The notes under the pieces were generated by a model. That model was not told where the DNA came from and ran no database searches. It worked only from the letters and a program-made list of their open reading frames with translations. Below, piece after piece: positions 1 through 6,990 of a stretch of 64,000 nucleotides of DNA (position 1 is the stretch's first letter; every line of letters begins with the position of its first letter). Both the position numbers and the translations under genes were made by a program. Source of the DNA: a virus (Duplodnaviria > Caudoviricetes); IMG/VR virus record IMGVR_UViG_3300037961_002553, positions 4,572 through 68,571 of that record; one strand, 5' to 3'.

Positions 1-15
1 ATTAATTTAATTATT

Positions 16-243
16 TTAATTGCCAAAGTCTGTTAAACTAGTTTGTTTATCGTATCTATTAATAAAATCATTAATATGGCTTTTAACTGTTTGTAGTTTC
101 TGGCCTATTTCCCCTAGTTTAGTAATATCGGCTATACTCATATTCTTCATTTGTTTGCGTTTAGCCTTCATTTCAGATAAAATCGCGACAATCTCTTTAT
201 TGATACCCTGTAATAGTTCTAATGCCTTATCCTCACTAGACAT
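16..243 (-). CDS. hypothetical protein (helical, 75 aa)
   Basis: ATG-initiated ORF with a TTATA box ~30 nt upstream on the - strand. Confidence 0.6.
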   Translation of the reverse strand: MSSEDKALELLQGINKEIVAILSEMKAKRKQMKNMSIADITKLGEIGQKLQTVKSHINDFINRYDKQTSLTDFGN

Positions 244-749
244 CCTGTATCATGTAATGGGAGTAGGCCATACCCTATAATGGTGGCGGTTTTAGCCTTG
301 TTTAATTAAAGTTAATGCTTCAAAGAGGGGCTTTTAAAGCCTTTCGCTCTAGATGAGAAGAAATAAAAAATTTGAAACAAAGCCATATGGTTGTAGATTA
401 TGAATGCGGGAACGGTTGTTAATAACTACCATTTTCATCTATTGTCTTATTTTCATCTTCCTCTACGGTTTGCTATAGAACGCTATTGGTAACTACAAAA
501 TGTTTGTTTACAGCCATCTATGATGAATAACCATCTAAGTGCAGCAACCCTAAATGATAGTTATTAAAAACATTACAACCATATGGTGATGCTTTGCTAT
601 AACCCCCAAGTGGGACGGGAAGAATTACCTCTTTTCTTCCCGCCCCCGTATCTCCCTCTATTCCCTGTTTGTTTGGGTCATAGTGCCATGACGAGAGGCT
701 CATGGCTAACGGGCCGTTTTGGGGTGCTACGGACTTCATGCCGCATTGT

Positions 750-959
750 TTAGTCGTATAGGCCAGCCAAAGCCCATTGATATTCTTCTTCCCATTGTCG
801 CTTGTATTCATCAAGGAAATAGGCAAAGAAGCGACGAGAGGAGAAATTAGGGTTATCTCGCTGGAACATATCGGAAACGGCTTCAACGGTGGCTTGGCTC
901 ACATCAAAGACTTCTGCGAGGGTTTCAGCCATTTTCTTGTAGTGTCGTCGTTGGAACAT
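750..959 (-). CDS. cassette protein with DNPNFSSRRF motif (small phage-type protein)
   Basis: ATG at 959 lies ~22 nt downstream of an AAAACCTTATAT box, consistent with a leaderless transcript. Confidence 0.75.
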   Translation of the reverse strand: MFQRRHYKKMAETLAEVFDVSQATVEAVSDMFQRDNPNFSSRRFFAYFLDEYKRQWEEEYQWALAGLYD

Positions 960-1073
960 GATTAACCGCTTGATAAGCGGATATAAGGTTTTATTACCAA
1001 AGTATGCAACCATATGGTAATTGCTTTGGTTTTACCTCAAGCAGTTTAGACCCATGCTTAGGGGTGTTTAGAC

Positions 1074-1340
1074 TTAGATTACCTTAGAAGCGGCCCAGAC
1101 CTCAAGTTTTTGGATTTCTTCAGTTTGTAGGCCACGGTTAGAAGTCGGGTTAGGGAAACCGTGAATCTCCCGATAGTCGCGCAAACCAAAACGACGGTTC
1201 AAGTTATTCTTCGCGTATAGTCGCATTTTCTGGAATCTGTTGAAGTGTTGGTTAGAGTAGCCCAACCCATTGATTTCGTTCAAACAGAACTCTTCTCCGC
1301 TTATCTTGCATACCCCAGTAACTGTCTTTTCTTTTGACAT
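1074..1340 (-). CDS. cassette hypothetical protein (88 aa)
   Basis: Only ORF between sites 1009 and 1389; AAAACCCTAATATA box ~21 nt upstream. Confidence 0.75.
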   Translation of the reverse strand: MSKEKTVTGVCKISGEEFCLNEINGLGYSNQHFNRFQKMRLYAKNNLNRRFGLRDYREIHGFPNPTSNRGLQTEEIQKLEVWAASKVI

Positions 1341-1425
1341 GATACTTCTTAAATTAGTAATATATTAGGGTTTTATTCAAAGTATCAAACCATATGGTTA
1401 GGCTTTGCATTAACCCCATATAGGG

Positions 1426-2026
1426 GCTTCACAGGGGAAAAAGCCGTGAAGAGTATCATTCCTCCTCGGAAACCTCCATATCTGCTTTCACAGGGGTTGG
1501 AACGATTTGTGGCACACCGTCTTTGACGGCGAGGCCATCCCATCGGTTTTCCTTGATTGCCTTAACCATGTAGGTATGAGCCTTACCACGGAAAGAATCA
1601 ACCAATTCGCTGAAGGAGCCATAAACCCCGCCAGTTCGTCCGTGTGGCACGATAACCGACAGAATCAAGTCGTGATACTCAGTAGGGATTGTGGCAATAG
1701 CACCTGCCACGGTTTCCTCCACAGTCGCCAAAACAAGTTCCTGTTCGTCCGAAAGCGTGGATTCTCGCCCTCGTCGTGCCGCAGGAAAACCCTCCATAGT
1801 GGAGCCAATTGAACGAATAGCCGTCCAATAGGTGCTTCGTAGTTCATCAGTTCCCGCATTATCGCCCAAAGTGAGCGAAAGGAGAACAGCGTTCAAATTG
1901 TCGCTTGGTTCCTGTGTTTCGGCCCAAGCCCGCACTTTGTTTGTGTTCAATGTCCAATTCTTCATCTTCATTTTTTTCACCTCTTTCCTAAAAAAGATAC
2001 TCCGCGTCGTTTTTCCCCTGTGGAGC
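1426..2026. repeat. imperfect ~31-bp inverted repeats (1426-1457 / 1996-2026) bracketing paralog A
   Basis: GCTTCACAGGGGAAAAAGCCGTGAAGAGTATC versus reverse complement GCTCCACAGGGGAAAAACGACGCGGAGTATC. Confidence 0.85.
1456..1971 (-). CDS. cassette paralog A (unknown family; ELRSTYWTAIRSIG, PAARRGRES, PHGRTGG and RWDG motifs)
   Basis: GAGGTG Shine-Dalgarno (SD) before MKMKNW; strongly similar to 2599-3105. Confidence 0.85.
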   Translation of the reverse strand: MKMKNWTLNTNKVRAWAETQEPSDNLNAVLLSLTLGDNAGTDELRSTYWTAIRSIGSTMEGFPAARRGRESTLSDEQELVLATVEETVAGAIATIPTEYHDLILSVIVPHGRTGGVYGSFSELVDSFRGKAHTYMVKAIKENRWDGLAVKDGVPQIVPTPVKADMEVSEEE

Positions 2027-2136
2027 AATAACCCACGCAGGTTGGCGTATAAGGTTGTTTCTACGCAAAGCGATAAACAACCATATGGTGTTGCTTTGTT
2101 TATACCCTAAACAATACACCAACAAAAGAATAGGGC

Positions 2137-2385
2137 ATGAACAACCACCAAGCAACCGCGATTATGAATCTTATTGCAGAAACCTTTCCAAGCCTTATCC
2201 CGTGGCTTGAAGGACAATACATGAAAGCCGTTTTTAAGGATATGACGCTCTATGCCGATGAACCACACGCTATGATTGGATTAGCGGAATTTGCCGCCAG
2301 CATTGAGGCTTTTGCTGATGCTATCGCTGAAGCCTCACTTGAAGAGATGTTTCACCTTATGGCTGATATGATGGGAGGTGCTTGA
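2137..2385 (+). CDS. cassette hypothetical protein (82 aa, acidic, helical)
   Basis: ORF directly after site 2080, with TTTATA at 2099. Confidence 0.7.
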   Translation: MNNHQATAIMNLIAETFPSLIPWLEGQYMKAVFKDMTLYADEPHAMIGLAEFAASIEAFADAIAEASLEEMFHLMADMMGGA

Positions 2386-2387
2386 GT

Positions 2388-2552
2388 ATGAGAATTTCAC
2401 ATTGTCCGACCTGCGGCACAGAATTGGCTAAGGATGATTTCATGTCCTTCGCTTTCATCTTAGGAGGCAACATTTGCCGCCATTGTCTTGAGGACGACCC
2501 TTCGGGGTCAAAAGAACAAAGCATGACCATATGGTTGTGCTTTGCCAGTTGA
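2388..2552 (+). CDS. small CPxCG zinc-finger protein (54 aa) reading through palindromic site 2526
   Basis: GGAGGTG SD; MRISHCPTCG...ICRHC; translated by hand, below the ORF-track cutoff. Confidence 0.6.
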   Translation: MRISHCPTCGTELAKDDFMSFAFILGGNICRHCLEDDPSGSKEQSMTIWLCFAS

Positions 2553-2577
2553 AAACGAAACCCCGCCGCTAAGCGGG

Positions 2578-3153
2578 GCTGCGAGGGGAAAACCCGCATC
2601 ATTCCTCTTCTTGACCTCCTTCAGCCGATTTCACGGCAGGTGGGGTCAATGCTGGGATTTCACCGTTCATGGTTCCATCCCAACGACCTTCTTTGTAGCC
2701 CTTAACGAGAGCGTCATAGGCCTTTTTGCCCATTGACTGAGCAAATGCCATAACATCGTCAAATGCGCCACCAGTTCGCCCATGAGGGAGAATAACGGTG
2801 GTAATGAGGTCAGGGTTAGTAATGCCCGCAAAGGCAGTAATAACCGCATTCTTCACAGAAGTAGCATTTAGGTCTACTTCTTCGGGCAAAGACGATTCTC
2901 GGCCTCGGCGGGCGGCTGGGAAATCATCATAAGGACTCCCAATTGAGCGAATAGCCGTCCAGTAAGTAGACCGCAATTCATCGCTATCCGTTGCATTTCC
3001 AAGTGTAATAGACAAAGAAATGGCTTGACCCACTTCTCCCCTATCTTCACGCTCAAGCCACGCTTGAACGGCATTTGTGTTCTTAATCCAGTTATCTTGC
3101 TTCATAATCAATTCCTCCAAAAAGGTTTGATGCGTCCGTTTTCCCCTCGGAGC
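2578..3153. repeat. inverted repeats (2578-2601 / 3128-3153) bracketing paralog B
   Basis: GCTGCGAGGGGAAAAC-C-CGCATCA versus reverse complement GCTCCGAGGGGAAAAC-GGA-CGCATCA. Confidence 0.85.
2599..3105 (-). CDS. cassette paralog B (same family as 1456-1971)
   Basis: GGAGG SD before MKQDNW; shares DELRSTYWTAIRSIGS, FPAARRGRES, PHGRTGG and RWDG. Confidence 0.85.
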   Translation of the reverse strand: MKQDNWIKNTNAVQAWLEREDRGEVGQAISLSITLGNATDSDELRSTYWTAIRSIGSPYDDFPAARRGRESSLPEEVDLNATSVKNAVITAFAGITNPDLITTVILPHGRTGGAFDDVMAFAQSMGKKAYDALVKGYKEGRWDGTMNGEIPALTPPAVKSAEGGQEEE

Positions 3154-3274
3154 AACCAACGGCGACCATAGGCGACTATGGTTGCTTTTTCATTAAACAC
3201 TCGCAAAGCGAAAAGCAACCATATGGTAGGACTTTGGAAGTAGCCAAGCATAACCACCAATCAAGAGGATAACC

Positions 3275-3568
3275 ATGCAAAGCGTGTTCGTCGTCCAAAC
3301 CAATGAAATGCCTCTCTCCCGAAATCCCGATTGGAAAACTCAACTCCAATTCGGAATCTTCCGCCGTCGTGAAGATGCCGAGAAAACCATGTTCAATGTC
3401 ATGGCTCGCAAAATGCGAGACGGAATTGATGAGATTCGTGAAATGACCTCCACCAAGCGAGGCAAGGGCAAAGCCGCCTACAATGCCAAAGTCTACGAAA
3501 TCACCGAGGAAATCCCACGCTCAATTCGTGTTCACGAAATCCGTGTTTTGCCTGTCAGGGGTTTCTGA
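3275..3568 (+). CDS. cassette hypothetical protein (97 aa, basic)
   Basis: GAGG SD; followed by a GGGGC-TTCG-GCCCC hairpin. Confidence 0.75.
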   Translation: MQSVFVVQTNEMPLSRNPDWKTQLQFGIFRRREDAEKTMFNVMARKMRDGIDEIREMTSTKRGKGKAAYNAKVYEITEEIPRSIRVHEIRVLPVRGF

Positions 3569-3575
3569 CCTTGAC

Positions 3576-3592
3576 GGGGGCTTCGGCCCCCT
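3576..3592 (+). terminator. UUCG-loop hairpin ending the cassette
   Basis: GGGGCTTCGGCCCC right after the stop codon. Confidence 0.55.
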
Positions 3593-3715
3593 CTTGGCTA
3601 AAACAAAGTATTACCATATGGTATTGTTTCTTTGTTATAAATACCCTCCAAAATTCAAATCTTGAGGTTTAGGATTTAAATCAATAAGTTAGGAGCATAC
3701 CCACTTAGGAAGAAC

Positions 3716-3850
3716 ATGAAAGAAGCATACGAAGAAGTCAAGTGGTGGTATGAATTCGCTATGGGCCTAATGGAAGTCTGTCAAAAGAATTACCTCCATG
3801 CGGAGGTGCAAGAGGTGTTAAGTCGCCTTTGCGGGAGTGAGGAAGAATGA
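3716..3850 (+). CDS. cassette small protein (44 aa, MKEAYEEVKWWYEF...)
   Basis: Hand-translated ORF between sites 3613 and 3917. Confidence 0.55.
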   Translation: MKEAYEEVKWWYEFAMGLMEVCQKNYLHAEVQEVLSRLCGSEEE

Positions 3851-4039
3851 AAAGATGACCGATAACCCCTTCAAATACCCATTATATGGGAGCGTTGGGG
3901 TGAATAACAAAGCATTACCATATGGTTGTTGTTATGCTTTGCACTAATCAAATAACCATAAGTGAAACGCCGCCTACTCCATGCATATGAGACTCACTCC
4001 GATACTTTGTTTCTTCATCAAGAATTGGCGCGCCAATAA

Positions 4040-4213
4040 ATGATTACTTGTTGCTTTCTCGCCTTACTGCTCTGTGTTTCGGCTTTGTTTCACTATGGTT
4101 TTATGGCCACTAATAGCCATAGGAATGTGAAAGGGTGGGATGAAGAATTGGGTATCTCCAAGACTGGAGCGATTGGGTCGCTCTCACTAATTGGTGCTCC
4201 TTTGGTTTCTTAA
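4040..4213 (+). CDS. possible small membrane protein (57 aa), preceded by a 20-aa ORF at 3981-4043
   Basis: AACCATAAG box ~20 nt before ATG 3981; ATGA overlap; hydrophobic N-terminus. Confidence 0.4.
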   Translation: MITCCFLALLLCVSALFHYGFMATNSHRNVKGWDEELGISKTGAIGSLSLIGAPLVS

Positions 4214-4273
4214 GAGCCAGTCTGCTGATTTTACGAACATGGTTAGTAGCCATGCGCCTTTTGAGCCTTAATC

Positions 4274-4411
4274 GCTTTCACAGGGAACAAATAATCTATG
4301 CTACTCAGCCGTCATATCTGCTATGTGTCCCACTACAGGAAAAATCACACCTTACCCCCACCAACAAGGGTATTCGGTCAATCCCCTCCGAGGGGAGCGA
4401 CCCCCCGAAGC
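4274..4411 (-). ncRNA. putative ~140-nt structured non-coding RNA cassette
   Basis: AACCATAAG box upstream; begins GCTTCGGGGGG and ends TTCCCTGTGAAAGC like the other cassettes; internal CCCCTCGGAGGGG hairpin; no ORF. Confidence 0.45.
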
Positions 4412-4520
4412 AATAGAACCGAGCGATTATCGCTTATGGTTCTCCATGTGCAAAGCAATATAGAACCATATGGTTTTACTTTGGTAAAACCCCTCAGCAA
4501 TTGCTTCACAGGGGGGATAA

Positions 4521-4883
4521 TCACCATTCATCCCTTGGGTTGAAATAAGTGTGCCTTCCCCTATCATCGGAGACAAAAGAGCCGCCCCAACCCATTTCAT
4601 ATGAGCGAGTTCGCATTTCGGCGTTGTCCTCGTCAATTCGGGCTTGAATGTCCTTGTCGGTATAATGGAACGGTTTGTGCTCTGCTGCGTATTCCTTCCA
4701 AATTGGGAGAATCTCGTCCAAGTCGTCCTTTTCCATCATTTCGGAAGAAACATCGGCCTTCTCCCAAAAGGTTTCATAGATGGTATCTTCGCAGAAGAAA
4801 TACCTAACTCCTTCCATGTCCCTCACCCATCGGTTTTCATCGTCTGTTTTCTCAGTCAGCCATTTGTAAAAAGATTTTGCCAT
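4521..4883 (-). CDS. cassette hypothetical protein (120 aa, acidic and aromatic)
   Basis: GGAGG SD; ATACCTTAAT box upstream; 3' trailer CCCCCCTGTGAAGC. Confidence 0.75.
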   Translation of the reverse strand: MAKSFYKWLTEKTDDENRWVRDMEGVRYFFCEDTIYETFWEKADVSSEMMEKDDLDEILPIWKEYAAEHKPFHYTDKDIQARIDEDNAEMRTRSYEMGWGGSFVSDDRGRHTYFNPRDEW

Positions 4884-5080
4884 TTTTCAACCTCCAGCGA
4901 AAAATTGACGGTAGCGGGCGATTAAGGTATTATTTATTCAAAGTAAATAATACCATATGGTTTGAATAAATCAAAGAGCGCAGAATGTTCTTATTTAGCC
5001 ATATTCAAACACGCTGAAACGGGGAGGATTTTCAGCCCCCAAAAATCCGTCAAATTTGACAGGGTGTTTCTCAACTGTGG

Positions 5081-5545
5081 TTATATTAATTCGTATTCAT
5101 ATTCTAATATTCAATATTAGTATTATAGTAAAATAAATCGGTTGTCTCATGGTTGGGAGGGGATGAGACGAGACAACACACGGAAGAATCATCAAGGTTA
5201 TGCAACATAAGTAAAAATATATTTCTATTATCTCATTATCTCATCATCTCATCATCATCATCACTACTACTACACACAACCCCTTATTTTCTTAGGGGTA
5301 TGGAGAGAGAAAGATTCCCCTTTTGTGATGAGACGAGACGAGACAACTATTTTTTGCGTGTTTCCACAAGGTTCTAGGGGGTTGTGTTGCATAACCCCAT
5401 CGTCTCAAGATGAGACAACAGGCGAGACAGTCTCATGCACATGGCAATCAAAGTTATTTCAATGGGCAAACTATTGTTGAAAATAAAATCTATTTGATTC
5501 AACAAACGGATTAATTTATCATTTAAGTTAAAATGTAAAAGTGAA
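5081..5545. repeat. candidate replication origin or terminus: GAGAC/GTCTC iterons and a TCATCA microsatellite flanked by AT-rich tracts
   Basis: GTTGTCTCAT 5141, ATGAGACGAGACAAC 5163, ATGAGACGAGACGAGACAAC 5328, GTCTCAAGATGAGAC 5402, GAGACAGTCTC 5424; no credible ORF. Confidence 0.55.
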
Positions 5546-5622
5546 AAAGGGCCGTAGAAACTAGGGGTGCTTGTGAAAAAGTTAGTGATTCCCTCAAGGG
5601 AGGTGCATTCGGAGGCATTTCT

Positions 5623-5637
5623 GGACTCCTTTATATA
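5623..5637 (+). promoter_or_regulatory. conserved viral promoter GGACTCCTTTATATA (copy 1)
   Basis: Identical 15-mer also at 14280 and 30221; contains an archaeal TATA box. Confidence 0.75.
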
Positions 5638-5687
5638 CCGAAAGGCAACTGTTGAAAATACCCCGCAAAGGGGAAGGAGAGATATAC

Positions 5688-6161
5688 ATGGATGATACCA
5701 CATGGGAAAGCCTCAAAATTGAGGTGAACGAATACCTTGAAGCCGACACCACGCTTGATGCAGGATTGCGTCAAGTCGTTGAATTGAACCTGCAAATCGG
5801 GACGAACAACCCCGATGAGCGAACTGCCGCCGAAGGTGCGCTTAAAGCACTTTTGAAGGGCCGTGATGGAACCCCGTTCCGCCGAGGCCAAAAGAGCGCA
5901 GTTCCAGCCGCAGTTCGTGTTTCAATTGACCGAATCTGTGGAGTTGTTGAAGAAGCCGCAATTGGCTACTACAACCACGATGCAGTTATTGGTGCAATTA
6001 CCATGAAGCACATCAAATCTGGTGGCGGTGCTTACGATGGCGCAGAAGATTACGCTTCTGCCGTTGTGAAGAGAACCCGAAACAACCTTGGCAAGATGTT
6101 CAAGGACGGTTCTTGGGATGGTAGCGTTGATTCCCTTTTAGGCGAATCAAGCGACCTTTGA
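5688..6161 (+). CDS. diverged paralog C of the cassette family
   Basis: PFRRGQKS, HIKSGGGAYD and SWDG align by eye with PAARRGRES, HGRTGGAFD and RWDG; GGAG SD. Confidence 0.8.
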   Translation: MDDTTWESLKIEVNEYLEADTTLDAGLRQVVELNLQIGTNNPDERTAAEGALKALLKGRDGTPFRRGQKSAVPAAVRVSIDRICGVVEEAAIGYYNHDAVIGAITMKHIKSGGGAYDGAEDYASAVVKRTRNNLGKMFKDGSWDGSVDSLLGESSDL

Positions 6162-6209
6162 AGTTAATTCTTCAAACCCGCACAATTCCAGTTCTCTGAA
6201 CTGAACAAC

Positions 6210-6248
6210 GGGGAATAGGGAGCCAAGGCTCCTTATTCTCCCTTTTTT
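6210..6248 (+). terminator. hairpin plus T-tract terminator
   Basis: GGGAATAGGGAGCC-AA-GGCTCCTTATTCTC followed by CCTTTTTT. Confidence 0.65.
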
Positions 6249-6321
6249 CCACAAGGGGAAAGAGAGGGGCTGAGAGGGGCTTTCGGGCCTCACCTCTCTT
6301 TCCCCGCCTTTGGGTGGTTAA

Positions 6322-6579
6322 ATGCGATTAGTAGAAGAAGTCTTTGTTAAGGCTAAAGAGGATTTAATTTGTCAATCCTGCGGTGTTGATATACCGAAGG
6401 ATAGCAACCATCTTCTTGAGTCTTATGTTCATCATGGCGTTATTTCAACTAGTCATTACTGTTTAAACCCAAAGTGCAATCCACCAAATAATGTTCGTTT
6501 GAAGTTATTTTGGGGAACAATAGCCATAGGCGTTTCTCTGTGGCTAATTTACTTTTTCTATCAAAACGCAGGGTTTTAA
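6322..6579 (+). CDS. zinc-finger protein with C-terminal transmembrane (TM) helix
   Basis: CQSC...HYCLNPKC plus a hydrophobic tail. Confidence 0.65.
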   Translation: MRLVEEVFVKAKEDLICQSCGVDIPKDSNHLLESYVHHGVISTSHYCLNPKCNPPNNVRLKLFWGTIAIGVSLWLIYFFYQNAGF

Positions 6580-6586
6580 GTCTATT

Positions 6587-6661
6587 CGCTTAGGCGACCC
6601 GTGGCGGCGTGGCATATACGCCCTCGGCAGGTGGGGGTATGCTTGAACAGTCGCCAAGCGA
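6587..6661 (+). ncRNA. putative structured small RNA
   Basis: Closing stem TCGCTT(A)GGCGAC / GTCGCCAAGCGA with internal hairpins; lies upstream of the tRNAs. Confidence 0.4.
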
Positions 6662-6720
6662 CTTCATTTCACTTTTACAATTTGAAATGGTGTGGCTTTT
6701 CTTCTGTTTGAGTAATTCAC

Positions 6721-6805
6721 GCTGAGATGGCTGAGTTTGGTTAAAAGCGCAGGGCTTAAACTCCTGTCCGTATATGGTTCGCAGGTTCAAATCCTGCTCT
6801 CAGCA
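6721..6805 (+). tRNA. tRNA-Leu (TAA)
   Basis: Acceptor GCTGAGA/TCTCAGC, anticodon loop CTTAAAC, long variable arm, GTTCAAATC T-loop. Confidence 0.92.
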
Positions 6806-6814
6806 TCTTTTCAC

Positions 6815-6889
6815 GGAACGGTAGCACAGTCTGGTTAGTGCGCCAGTCTCATAAACTGGTGGTCGCAAGTTCAAATCTTGCCCGTTCCA
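6815..6889 (+). tRNA. tRNA with CAT anticodon (elongator Met or Ile2)
   Basis: Acceptor GGAACGG/CCGTTCC; anticodon arm CCAGT-CTCATAA-ACTGG; lacks initiator features. Confidence 0.92.
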
Positions 6890-6897
6890 TTTTACAT

Positions 6898-6959
6898 GGG
6901 GAAGGTTGAACAGGGGGCTAAAGAGTAATGACCGAGCAATCGGTTTTGTTCCCTTCCCC
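6898..6959 (+). ncRNA. putative hairpin RNA downstream of the tRNAs
   Basis: GGGGAAGG...CCTTCCCC closing stem; GAACAG/TTGTTC and ACCGA/TCGGT inner stems. Confidence 0.35.
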
Positions 6960-6990
6960 GCCTATTCCACATTTTTAAGAGGTAATAAAA

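Larger units (their letters stand above)
378..4969. repeat. Dispersed array of 11 palindromic sites CAAAG-N(4-10)-ACCATATGGT-N(4-10)-CTTTG delimiting gene cassettes
   Basis: Core at 382 (GCCATATGGT variant), 578, 1009, 1389, 2080, 2526, 3218, 3613, 3917, 4465 and 4952; both arms intact in 8 copies. Confidence 0.95.

Noticed and set aside
1426-2026. Canonical bulge-helix-bulge splice motif in the 5'/3' panhandle
   Set aside because: I could not draw a clean 3-4-3 motif by hand; the pairing is reported without claiming splicing.
378-4969. CRISPR array interpretation of the palindromic repeats
   Set aside because: Intervals are 196-692 bp, contain genes with promoters, and only the 10-bp core and 5-bp arms are conserved.
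5153-5703. ORFs 5153-5377 (+) and 5374-5703 (-)
   Set aside because: Low-complexity translations of repeat DNA with no SD or recognisable motifs.
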